64,000 nt of DNA, taken from Anaeramoeba ignava BMAN (lineage: Eukaryota; Protista; Anaeramoebae). Location of the stretch: positions 62,001-126,000 of the forward strand of contig JAPDFW010000062.1 of NCBI GenBank assembly GCA_028826165.1. Reading direction: 5' to 3'. Under the pieces are notes generated by a model. The model worked only from the letters and a program-made list of their open reading frames with translations. It did no database searches and was not told the origin of the DNA. The translations under genes and the position numbers were made by a program. Positions 24,701-36,697 of the stretch are shown here, one piece after another; the first letter of the stretch is position 1; each line of letters starts with the position of its first letter.

Positions 24701-27700
24701 TATCAATATAAATATAAATATAAATACAAATACAAATATAAATATAAATATAAATATAAATATAAATATCAATATCAATATCAATATCAATATAAATATA
24801 AATATCAATATCAATATAAATATCAATATAAATATCAATATAAATACAAATATAAATATAAATATCAATATCAATATAAATATAAATATAATTATCAATA
24901 TCAATATCAATATAAATATAAATATCAATATAAATATAAATATAAATATCAAATATAAATATAAATATAAATATAAAATATAAAATATAAATATAAATAT
25001 AAATATAAATATCAATATAAATATAAATATAAATATAAATATCAATATCAATATAAATATAAATATAAATATCAATATAAATATAAATATAAATATCAAA
25101 TATAAATATAAATATCAAATATAAATATAAATATAAATATAAATATCAAATATAAATATAAATATAAATATCAATATAAATATAAATATAATTATAAATA
25201 TAAATATAAATATCAATATAAATATAAATATAAATATAAATATAAATATAAATATAAAATATAAATATAAATATAATATAAATATAAATATAAATATAAA
25301 TATAATTATAAATATAAATATAAATATAAATATAAATATAAATATAAATATCAATATAAATATAAAAATATAAATATAAATATCAATATAAATATAAATA
25401 TAAATATAAATATAAATATAAATATAAATATAAATATCAATATCTAAATATCAATATATAAATATAATCCAAACATAAATATCAATATAAAATAAAATAT
25501 AAATATAAATAAATATAAATATAAATATAAATATAAAATATAAATATAAATATAAAATATAAATATAAATATAAATATAAATCTAAATATAAATATAAAT
25601 ATAAATATAAATATAAATATAAATATAAATATAAATATAAATATAAATATAAATATAAATATAAAATATAAATATAAATATAAATATAAATATAAATATA
25701 AATAACAAATATAAATAAATTATCAATATCAATATCAATATCAATATCAATATAAATATAAATATAAATACAAATACAAATATAAATATAAAAATAAATA
25801 TAAATATAAAATTTAATATCAATATCAATATTAATATCAATATCAATATCAATATCAATATCAATATCAATATCAATATCAATATCAATATCAATATCAA
25901 TATCAATATCAATATCAATATCAATATCAATATCAATATCAATATCAATATCAATATCAATATAAATATCAATATCAATATAAATATAAATATAAATATC
26001 AATATTAAATATCAATATAAATATAAATATCAATATAAATATCAATATCAATATCAATATCAATATCAATATAAATATAAATATCAATATCAATATCAAT
26101 ATTAATATTAATATTAATATCAATATCAATATCAATATCAATATAAATATAAATATAAATATCAATATCAATAAATATAAATATAAATATAAATATAAAT
26201 ATAAATATTAATATCATCAATATCAATATTAAATATAAATAAATATATAATATCAATATCAATATCAATATCAATATAAATATCAATATAAATATCAATA
26301 TCAATATCAATATCAATATAAATATAAATACAAATTTAAATATAAAATATAAATATAAATATCAATATCAATATCAATATCCTTATTAATATCAATATCA
26401 ATATCAATATAAATATAAATATAAATATAAATATAAATATAAATATAAATATAAATATAAATATCAAATATAAATATAAATATAAATATAGATATAAATA
26501 TCAATATCAATATAAATATAAATATAAATATCAATATCAAATATAAATATAAATATAAATATAAATATAAATATAAATATCAATATCAATATAAATATAA
26601 ATATAAATATAAATATAAATATAAATATAAATATAAATATAATTATAAATATAAATATAAATATAAATATAAATATAAATATAAATATCAATATAAATAT
26701 AAATATAAATATAAATATAAATATAAATATAATTATAAATATAAATATCAATATCAATTTTAATATCAATTTCAATATAAATATTAATATCAATTTTAAT
26801 ATCAAATCTACATTATTTTTTTCTGGATCAATATTCCTTTTTGATGTATCAATTGTTCCATGATAAATTCCTGATTGAGTTAACCAAGAAAAAGAGTGTG
26901 CATAACCTTTTTCTTTTTGAATATGAAGTTCACTATAATTTAATTTTCCTAAAAAAGGATGAAAACCAGGTTTAACAGTCATATATTTTTCAAATACAGC
27001 TTCTAATGTTTTTTTTCCAATAAATTCTCTTAATCGATTTGGAGTAGTAACAATAACAAATATCAAATCGGAATTTGTATTATATCTTTGGAAATACATT
27101 CCTGTAATTGGTTCTTGTTCTTCAAGTTGATAAAGCTTTAAAAATGAATTTAATTTTAATTTAATTTTGATTTTATTTTGATTTTATTTTGATTTAATTT
27201 TAATTTAATTTTAATTGAATTTTGATTTAATTTTGATTTAATTTTGATTTAATTTTGATTTAATTTTGATTTAATTTTAATTTTGATTTAATTTTGATTG
27301 AATTTTGATTTAATTTTGATTTAATTTTAATTTAATTTTAATTTAATTTTAATTTAATTTTGATTTAATTTTAATTTTGATTTTAATTTAATTTTGATTT
27401 AATTTTAATTTAATTTTGATTTTGATTTAATTTTACTTGTTTTAAATAAAGCTCTTTTTTATCAATAGAAGTTTCATATATTGTTCCTTTAGAATCTCCA
27501 ATTAATATTTCTTGTGTCACTCTTTGTGGTGCTTTTATTTCTGTATTCCAAGCAACAGATTCAATAGAAATTCCCTTTTTTTTTGTTTTATTTTTTGTTT
27601 TTTTTCATAAATTAAAATTCCTTTTTTAAAAATGGAAAAAATTTTTTACTTTTAATTTGGAAAGTATTTTTGGTTTTTCCATTGTATTATAATAATAGTA

Positions 27701-28297
27701 ATTATCTCCATTTGTACAGTTAATAATTAAATGAGCACCATAAGGGTCAAGAAACAATTTACGAATTGAATTTTCTTCTTTTTTTGGAATAAAATCCAAA
27801 TCTTTTTTAATTTTAATTTTAATTTTGATTTTAATTTTAATTTTGATTTTAATTTTGATTTTAATTTTAATTTTAATTTTAATTTTAATTTTAGTTTCAT
27901 TTTCAATTTGAATTTAATTTGATTTGAATTTACTAGTAATTTTTGAACGATCTTCTAAATTTAATCTCATTATTTTATTATCTTTAAAAGCAATAAAAAT
28001 AATTTGATTTGCTGCAACCATATCAACATATTCAGATGAAGTATTAAACTTAACTTGTTCTAAAACAAAAAGTGGTGCATCATCTTCAAGAATTTCTTCT
28101 TGTTCTTGTTCAATAGTTGTATTTAATATTTTCTAAAAGAAAAAGAAGCAAAAAAAAATTTTATAATTGAATTGAATTGAAATGGAATTTTTTTTATTTA
28201 AATTTTTTATCAAATTATTCACATCAGGAATATCTTCATCCTCAATTATTCTTTCTTGGTCTGATGAAGAATCATTAAAATCTTCAAGAGTTGTCAT
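21798..28297 (-). CDS. VPS18: Vps18/Pep3 (CORVET/HOPS core subunit), 8 exons
   Basis: Beta-propeller ([38 protein letters not shown]), clathrin repeat ([30 protein letters not shown]), C-terminal RING-H2 (CDLC...CGHLFHTSC...DCVICGE). Exons join in frame via GT-AG introns including 24616-26811. Confidence 0.95.
23640..24170. repeat. 11-bp tandem repeat (AAAATTCATTT/AAAATTCAATT) in Vps18 intron
   Basis: Directly visible. Confidence 0.92.
24655..26805. repeat. ~2.1-kb hexamer microsatellite (AATATC/AATATA) in Vps18 intron; reverse complement of the 2770-4944 array type
   Basis: Directly visible. Confidence 0.95.
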
Positions 28298-28589
28298 TTA
28301 AATATAATTTTCCAAAAAATAAAAATAAATGAAAATGAAAATGAAAATGAAAATGAAAATGAAAATGAAAAAAATGAAAAATTTGTTTTTCCTTTTTTAT
28401 TTATTAATAAAAAAAATTTTTGGAATAAAGAGAAAAAAAAAATTGAAAATCAAATCAAATTCAAAATTAAAATCAAATTAAATTCAAAATTTGGAGAAAA
28501 TTGAATCAAAAATTAAAAATTTGAAGAACAATTAATTCATTGAATCAAAAAATAAAATTTCAAGAACATTTAAAGAATATTTCAATGAA

Positions 28590-30119
28590 TTATTTCCTAT
28601 TTTCATCTTTTTTACTGAAAGCCAAAAGAACAGGATAAATTCTTTTATAAGCAAGATTTAAATCTTCTCTAGTTTTTGCTCCTGTTAAAACTAATTTTCC
28701 TGAAACAAAAATTAATAAAACAACTTTTGGTGCACACATTCTGTAAACAAGACCTGGAAAAAGTTCAGGTTCATACTAAATTTTAATTTTAATTTTAATT
28801 TTGATTATTAATTTTAATTTTGATTTTGATTTTGATTTTGATTTTAAATTTAATTTAAATTTTAATTTTGATTTTGATTTTAATTTTAATTTTAATTTTA
28901 ATTTTAATTTTAATTTTAATTTTAATTTTAATTTTAATTTTAATTTTAATTTTAATTTTAATTTTAATTTTAATTTTAATTTTATAAATTAATTTTAATT
29001 TTTATTTTAATTTTAATTTTAATTTTAATTTTGATTTTTCATTTGATTTTGATTTTGATTTTAATTTTAAATTAATTTTGATTTAAATTTTAATAAAAAT
29101 TTTAATTTTAATTTTTAATTTTAATTTTAATTTTACATTATTTTGTTTTTAATTTTTAATTTTTTAATTTTTAATTTAAATTTTATTTTTAATTTTAATA
29201 TTAATTTTAAATTAAAAATTTTAATTCTTTTTTTTAATTTTTAAATTTTTAATTTTTAATTTTAATATTTGTTTTTAATTTTAATTTTAATTTTAATTTT
29301 AATTTTAATTTAATTTTAAATTTTATTTTATTTTTAATTTTAATTTTTAATTTTTAATTTTTAATTTTTAATTTTAAAAATTAATTAATTTTAATTTTAA
29401 TTTTAATTTTAATTTTATAAATTAATTTTAATTTTAATTTTAATTTTACATTTGAAAATTGAGCATGAGAAGAAGATAAATTTTCTAAACTAATTGAGAA
29501 ATGTGCATCACAAGAACCAACAATATTTTGAATTTTAAAATCCAAAAATTTAACATTATAACCAATTTTTTGGATAATTCTTGCATATTTTCTTGCTGCT
29601 GTTTTAGAAAGCTCTTCATCTTTAGCTCCAGTACAAACAATTCTTCCTGATGAAAACACAAGTGCTGTTGTTTTTGGATCACGAATTCGCATAATTAATG
29701 CTGAAAAACGTTTGGGATTGTATTCTGCATTTCGTGCATGAAGTGCAATGTCTTTTAAATCTAATTCTGTTCCTAAACTTACAGTTGAAACAACATTTCT
29801 GTTTTTGTTTTTGTTTTTTGTTTTTTATTCCAAAAAAAAAAGAAAAAAATGAATTTTGAATTTTAAAAAAAAAAAAACGGAAAAAAAATTTATTTTTAGT
29901 TCCAAATAAAATTTTTAAATTTAATTGTCATTTTCTTGTTTATTTTTTTTTTTTTTTTGATAATTTAAATTTATAATTATAATTTACTCAACAGTTGGAA
30001 GTGAAGGAGGATCTATTGTAGTTTTTTTATTTGATTCTCTTGGTGTTTCCCTATTTAGTTTTATTTATTATTATAAAATCAAAATATTTAATTTAAATTA
30101 AATTTTTATTAATTTACAT
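28590..30119 (-). CDS. TBP: TATA-binding protein; coding segments 30119-30118 (AT), 30050-29988, 29798-29450, 28775-28590
   Basis: [82 protein letters not shown]. Confidence 0.97.
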
Positions 30120-30208
30120 TTTTTTTTTAACAACAAAAATAAAATTAAAAAAATGAAAATAAAAAAATGAAAAAAAAAAATAAAAATTTTTTCCTTTTAT
30201 TATATTAT

Positions 30209-30217
30209 ATGACTCAT
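30209..30217. promoter_or_regulatory. AP-1/Gcn4-type site ATGACTCAT upstream of TBP
   Basis: Perfect 9-mer 90 bp upstream of the TBP start in almost G/C-free DNA. Confidence 0.45.
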
Positions 30218-30224
30218 TATTATA

Positions 30225-32555
30225 AAAAATTAGACAAATATTTAATTAAATTTATATTAATATTAAATACATTATTAATTTATTATTTATTTATAAATTT
30301 AATTTAAATATTATTTTATTTTAATTTTATAATTAATATTAAATTAAAATTGATTTAAAAATTAATAAAAAAATTAGATAAATATTTAATTAAATTTATA
30401 TTAATATTAAATACATAATTAATTTATTATTTATTTATAAATTTAATTTAAATATTATTTTATTTTAATTTTATAATTAATATTAAATTAAAATTGATTT
30501 AAAAATTAATAAAAAATTAGATAAATATTTATTTAAATTTATATTAATATTTAATACATAATTAATTTATTATTTATTTATAAATTTAATTTAAATATTA
30601 TTTTATTTTAATTTTATAATTAATTTTAAATTGAAATTGATTTAAAAATTAATAAAAATTAGATAAATATTTAATTAAATTTATATTAATATTTAATACA
30701 TAATTAATTTATTAATTATTTATAAATTTAATTTAAAATATTATTTTAATTTAATTTTATAATTAATTTTAAATTAAAATTGATTTAAAAATTAATAAAA
30801 ATTAGATAAATATTTAATTAAATTTATATTAATATTAAATACATAATTAATTTTATTATTTATTTATAAATTTAATTTAAATATTATTTTTATTTTAATT
30901 TTATAATTAATATTAAATTAAAATTGATTTAAAAATTAATAAAAATAAATAAATATTTAATTAAATTTATATTAATTTTAAATACACAATTAATTTATTA
31001 TTTATTTATAAAGTTTAATTTAAATATTATTTTATTTAAATTTTATAATTAATATTAAATTAAAATTGATTTAAAAATTAATAAAAATTTAAATAAATAT
31101 TTAATTAAATTTATATTAATATTAAATACATAATTAATTTATTATTTATTTATAAATTTAATTTAAATATTATTTTTATTTTAAATTTTATAATTAATTT
31201 TAAATTAAAATTGATTTAAAAATTAATAAAAAGTAAATAAATATTTATTTAAATTTATATTAATATTAAATACATAATTAATTTATTATTTATTTATAAA
31301 TTTAATTTAAATATTATTTTATTTTAATTTTATAATTAATTTTAAATTAAAATTGATTTAAAAATTAATAAAAAAATTAAATAAATATTTAATTAAATTT
31401 ATATTAATATTAAATACATATTATTAATTTATTATTTATTTATAAATTTAATTTAAATATTATTTTATTTTTAATTTTATAATTAATATTAAATTAAAAT
31501 TGATTTAAAAATTAATAAAAATTAGATAAATATTTAATTAAATTTATATTAATTTTAAATACATAATTAATTTATTATTTATTTATAAATTTAATTTAAA
31601 ATTATTTTTTTATTTTAATTTTATAATTAATATTAAATTAAAATTGATTTAAAAATTAATAAAAAGTAAATAAATATTTATTTTAAATTTATATTAATAT
31701 TTAAATACATAATTAATTTATTATTTATTTATAAAAATTTAATTTTTAAATATTATTTTTATTTTTAATTTTATAATTAATATTAAATTAAAATTGATTT
31801 TAAAAATTAATAAAAAATTAAATAAATATTTATTTTAAATTTATATTAATATTAAAATACATAATTAATTAATTTATTTATTTATTTATAAATTTAATTT
31901 AAATATTATTTTATTTTTATTTTAATTTTATAATTAATTTTAAATTAAAATTGATTTAAAAATTAATAAAAATTAGATAAATATTTAATTAAATTTATAT
32001 TAATATTTAATACATAATTAATTTATTATTTATTTATAAATTTAATTTAAATATTATTTTATTTTAATTTTATAATTAATTTTAAATTAAAAAATTGATT
32101 TAAAAATTAATAAAAATTAGATAAATATTTATTTAAATTTATATTAATATTTAATACATAATTAATTTATTATTTATTTATAAATTTAATTTAAATATTA
32201 TTTTATTTAAATTTTATAATTAATTTTAAATTAAAATTGATTTAAAAATTAATTAAAAAGTAAATAAATATTTATTTAAATTTATATTAATATTTAATAC
32301 ATAATTAATTTATTATTTATTTATAAATTTAATTTAAATATTATTTTATTTTAATTTTATAATTAATATTAAATTAAAATTGATTTAAAAATTAATAAAA
32401 AATTAAATAAATATTTAATTAAATTTATATTAATATTAAATACATTATTAATTTATTATTTATTTATAAATTTAATTTAAATATTATTTTATTTTAATTT
32501 TATAATTAATATTAAATTAAAATTGATTTAAAAATTAAAAAAGTAAATAAATATT
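30225..32555. repeat. ~143-bp AT-rich satellite array 1, ~16 copies
   Basis: AAATTAGATA recurs at 30371, 30514, 30656; each unit carries TACATAATTAATTTAT and AAATTGATTTAAAAA. Confidence 0.95.
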
Positions 32556-32653
32556 TTTGTTTTGGTTTTTAATTAGTTTGATTATTCAGAAACTAATCAA
32601 TCAATCATTCCAAGAAAAATTTTGGAAAGAAAAGAAAAAAAGAAAAAAAAAAA

Positions 32654-32838
32654 GTGGATAAAAACATCGAATCTAAATGTGAATTTTTCCATTGTTTTCT
32701 CAAAGCATTCAAATAAACCATTTCCTAAATACTTTACTTAAAAGAAAAGTATATATTTTAATAAGTAAGAAATAATTAACAAAACAAAATGTTAATTATT
32801 CTTGAAAATCTCTTATTAATATCTAGGAAATAGTAACA
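32654..32838. ncRNA. Candidate structured RNA (multi-stem); either 3' UTR element of the bZIP mRNA (- strand) or independent ncRNA
   Basis: Nested inverted repeats: ATTTCCTA 32720-27/TAGGAAAT 32824-31; ATACTTT 32729-35/AAAGTAT 32746-52; TTAATAAG 32758-65/CTTATTAA 32812-19; AATAATTAACA 32771-81/TGTTAATTATT 32790-800; plus an imperfect hairpin 32654-32692. Confidence 0.45.
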
Positions 32839-32921
32839 AAAAAAAAAATAAAATTTGAAATTCAAAAACAATCCAAAAAAATCATTTTTCTCGTTTTTTC
32901 TTTTTGTTTTGTTTTTGAATT

Positions 32922-34260
32922 TCAAGTTCTTATTGATCGGTTTCCTCTAAGCAATTTAAAACTTTTTCCAAATTGCTTTTGGTCTTGATTTCCATAAAAA
33001 TTATTTTCAAAATTTTCGGTTTTGCTTGAAATATAATTGATTTGATTTTGGTCATAATTTTCTTTTGGTTCATCTAAAAATATTTTATCAAAATTAGAAG
33101 AATAAGTTGAATTATCAAAAGAAGAAAAATCATCTGAATATGAATTAAGTTTCAAACTTGGCATTTCTCCTAAATGGTCATTATTATTGGAATTAAATCT
33201 AATCAAAAAAAAAAGTTGAAAAAAAATTAATCAAAAAAAAATTTTTTTCAATTTTTTAAAAAATTTTTTTTTTTTACAAATTGGATTTTGTTGGGAAATT
33301 CCAAATCATTCCAAAACAAAGAATAACTATCAATAACCCAGTCTTTGGCCATAAACCTCCTTTTCCTGTGAATCTTTCGTGTGAATTCTTTTTTTCGATA
33401 TTTGGTTGATTTGAAAAAAGTTGATCATCATCAAGTTCATTTAAAACAAAAGGATTTTCCAAATTTTCATTAAGATTTTTTTCTTGAGTTAAGTGGCTAA
33501 CAAGGGTTTGGAGTTGCTCGCATTTTGAGTTCAAATCACTTAACTGTTGAGTCAAATCTTCATTTTGCGCGCGTAATTTCATGACTTCTTTTTCGAGGTT
33601 TTCAAGATGTTCTTTTTTCTTTTCACGCGCTTTTTTTGCGTTTATTCGGTTCAATTCCATTTTCCGTTGTTTTTTTTCTTCTTCAGTTAATTGAAGATAT
33701 TCCTGCTTTGATTTTCTTTTGACTTTTCCTGTTTTTGGGTTGATTTCAACAATGTGTCTTCTAACGGTTTCGTTTTTGTGTTTTTCTTGATTTTTGGATG
33801 ATCTTGTTTGAATTGGTTTTCTTTGTCTTAAATCCAGTTTTGATTTTTTCGAACTTTCAGTTTTTTTTTTCTTTTTTTGTTTTTTTTGTTTTTTCTGTTT
33901 TTTTTGTTTTTTCTGTTTTTTTTCAATTTTCTCGTTTTGAATGTTTTCCGTTGGTTTTACTTGTTCATCCATTTGTTTTTCTTGGATGATTTTTTGATTT
34001 TGATTTTGAATTTGAATTTGATTTTGAATTTGATTTTGATTTTGATTTTGATTTTGAATTTGATTTTGATTTTGAACTTGATTTTGATTTTGAACTTGTG
34101 GAAAATGTCTGTTTTGTTGTTCTGAATTAATTAAAAATGGGTTTGTATCAGAAAAAATATTATCATTAAATGGTAAAAAAGTATCTTCATAAAGTAAGCT
34201 ATTTTCAAATAAACCATCATTTGAATTTCTAAATGTTAAATGTGATGGATCTTGGGTCAT
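32922..34260 (-). CDS. Membrane-tethered bZIP transcription factor (ATF6/CREB3/plant bZIP28-like architecture); exons 34260-33278, 33198-32922
   Basis: Basic region RKMELNRINAKKAREKKK (N-x7-R), heptad zipper LENLEKEVMKLRAQNEDLTQQLSDL, single TM GLLIVILCFGMIWNFP, ~95-aa predicted luminal tail after intron 33199-33277. Confidence 0.85.
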
Positions 34261-34479
34261 TTAATTTTAAATTCAATTTTAAATTTAATTTTAAATTTAA
34301 TTTGTTGTTTTATATATAAAAATTTTTTGTTTTTGTTGTTTTTGTTTGTTGGAAAAAAAAAATTGAATTATGGAAAGAAAATAAAAATAGCAAAATAAAA
34401 AGGAAAAAAAAGAAAAAATAAAAAGAAAAAAATGAAAAAAAAAATAAAAAAAATTTTAAATAGTAATTCAAAAAATAAA

Positions 34480-34488
34480 ATGACTCAT
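34480..34488. promoter_or_regulatory. AP-1/Gcn4-type site ATGACTCAT (plus adjacent ATGAC half-site) upstream of the bZIP gene
   Basis: Perfect 9-mer 220 bp upstream of the bZIP ATG. Confidence 0.45.
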
Positions 34489-34561
34489 AATGACAAATTC
34501 TTATTCTTTTTATTTAAAAAACAAAAACAAAAACAAAATAAAAATAAAAAGATTTTCAATC

Positions 34562-36532
34562 TTATTTTAAAATTTCATCTTCATCTTCTCTTTCTTCAAT
34601 TAAATTTAATTTCTTTGCCAATATAACATCTAATCTATTATTAAATTCCACATATTCTTTTGAAGGCCATTGAAGTTTTTGGATCTCTTTTTTTTCTTGT
34701 TTTGATAATCTTTTTTTGAAATTTCTTTTTTTGGAAAATGTAAAATAATTCACTCCCATTTTCCAAATACAAAATTCATAAAGATTTCTAGCATTAAAAC
34801 AACCAGCAATTTTCAAAATATCAATAATAATTTCGGATTGAATATGATCAATCAAATATTGTTCACACAAAGTTTTCAAACGATCTTGTTGGAAATAATC
34901 AGCAATTACAAGCAATTCAACAACTTCTCTATTCTTTTCAAATTGTTTTTTGTTATTATTATTATTATTATTATTATTTTCTTCATTCAATATCTCTGCG
35001 TGATCACAATACAAAAAATTCATAAAATGATAAAAAGAAGAGTAGCTCATATCCTCAAAAACTACTTTGTTTTCTCTTGCTTCTTTCATTTTGGTTTCTG
35101 CTATAGATGCGAAATATGGACTTCTTTGATTAATGATTGCTTTATGTGCAACAATTGAAAAAGTCTCTGATTTGGATTGATTGACAACTATCAAAAAATC
35201 TCCAAATTGTGTGAAATCAGTTAATAATTTCCCAATATCATTTTGCAAACAATTTTGAAGGTTTTCCAATGAAGTATTGATCTCCTCTTCCTGCTCCTTG
35301 CGTTTTTCTGATACGATCATTTGCAAAACTGAAATCAATTCCTCCATTCCATAAAGTTCTGAAATGGAATAGAATTCAGCTGTTTGTTTTTTTTGTGGTT
35401 CAGATTGATCAACAAGAAGAACAAATTCTGGAACTTTTCCTGAATACAAGAACTCGATAAAACCTGAGAAAATTGGGAATGGAATATCAACATTAAATTG
35501 ATATTTTCTTGAAAATAAATCCGTTTCCGGAATTTGGATGTTGCTTTCTTTTTTTTCTGTTCTTTTTGATTTTGTTTCATTAACCTTCTTTTCTGAAAGA
35601 ACATGCTGTTGGTTAGCATCTTTTTCTCTGTTATTTTGTTTCTCCACTTTTTTGGAAATGAGGGAAATTCGATATTGACTAAAATTTGAATTGAAATTTG
35701 GATCATCAATTTTTTGGAAAATTTCATTGAAAATTGGACAACGACATGAAAGGATTGAAGAATGACACCAAATAGTTCTTTCAGTAAGATTTGAAGAATC
35801 GTCTTGATAGGGAACAATCATTTCAACATCTGCATAAGTTGGGTTGTTGAACAACTTACTAATCTCTTTGTGAAAAGTAGAATCAACATTTTGGAGAATT
35901 GGTTGAGGAGGTTGAGGAGCTAGCTTTGGTGGTTTTTGTTTTGGAACAAGAATTTTTTTGAACAATTTTTGTTTTAGATTTAGTTTTGGTTTTCTTGATC
36001 TAAAAACAGCAATAACTGCATCATTAAAAACTCGAGTTACTCCTTGTTGAGTTAAAGAAGAACATTCCAAATATTCAAACGCCTTGATTTCTTTAGCAAG
36101 TCTTTCTCCTTGATCTGTTGTGATTGGAGTTTGTCCTCTTTCATGAAGTCTATGCAAAATATCTGCATTTTCTCTAAGATCAGATTTAGTTCCCACAAGA
36201 ATAAACGGGGTTTTTGGACAATGATATTGAATTTCTGGGATCCATTTAGCTCTAACATTTTCAAAAGAATCAGGTGAAATCAATGAAAAGCAAACTAGAA
36301 AAATATCTGTTTGTGGATATGATAATGGTCTTAATCTATCGTAATCATCTTGTCCTGCTGTATCCCATAATCCCAAACTAATTGGTTTTCCTTCAACCAT
36401 TAAATTTGCTGACCAGTTATCAAATACTGTTGGTATAAATTCTGATGGAAATGAATTTGTTGTGTATGTTATCAATAGTGTAGTTTTTCCAACTGCTCCA
36501 TCTCCAACAACAACACATTTTAAAGATTCCAT
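34562..36532 (-). CDS. RhoBTB-type GTPase (Rac-like domain, Pro-rich linker, two BTB domains), intronless
   Basis: [33 protein letters not shown]; [15 protein letters not shown]; BTB1 (YADV...[10 protein letters not shown]...FIEFLYSG) split by an insertion; BTB2 ([13 protein letters not shown]...FMNFLYCD); no CAAX. Confidence 0.92.
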   Translation of the reverse strand: MESLKCVVVGDGAVGKTTLLITYTTNSFPSEFIPTVFDNWSANLMVEGKPISLGLWDTAGQDDYDRLRPLSYPQTDIFLVCFSLISPDSFENVRAKWIPEIQYHCPKTPFILVGTKSDLRENADILHRLHERGQTPITTDQGERLAKEIKAFEYLECSSLTQQGVTRVFNDAVIAVFRSRKPKLNLKQKLFKKILVPKQKPPKLAPQPPQPILQNVDSTFHKEISKLFNNPTYADVEMIVPYQDDSSNLTERTIWCHSSILSCRCPIFNEIFQKIDDPNFNSNFSQYRISLISKKVEKQNNREKDANQQHVLSEKKVNETKSKRTEKKESNIQIPETDLFSRKYQFNVDIPFPIFSGFIEFLYSGKVPEFVLLVDQSEPQKKQTAEFYSISELYGMEELISVLQMIVSEKRKEQEEEINTSLENLQNCLQNDIGKLLTDFTQFGDFLIVVNQSKSETFSIVAHKAIINQRSPYFASIAETKMKEARENKVVFEDMSYSSFYHFMNFLYCDHAEILNEENNNNNNNNNKKQFEKNREVVELLVIADYFQQDRLKTLCEQYLIDHIQSEIIIDILKIAGCFNARNLYEFCIWKMGVNYFTFSKKRNFKKRLSKQEKKEIQKLQWPSKEYVEFNNRLDVILAKKLNLIEEREDEDEILK

Positions 36533-36697
36533 TATTATTTTTATTCAAAATGAAAAGATCAAAAAATAAAAAAAAAATATAAAAAGATCAAAAAGTAAAA
36601 AAAATGAAAGAAAAAAATTGAGAATTTGGATTTCTTAAAAATGGATTAAAATTTTTTTTTGTTATTTTTTTTTTCATTCGAATTTTTTTTTTCATTT

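Noticed and set aside
7485-28297. Functional cluster of endomembrane/phagolysosome genes (mucolipin, Tvp15-like, p24, lysozyme, Vps18)
   Set aside because: Mixed orientations, unrelated genes interspersed, and trafficking genes are numerous; no evidence beyond chance without synteny or co-expression data.
33300-33540. IRE1-type unconventional intron (HAC1/XBP1/bZIP60-like) before the bZIP TM segment
   Set aside because: No pair of CNGNNG seven-base loop hairpins found by eye on the sense strand.
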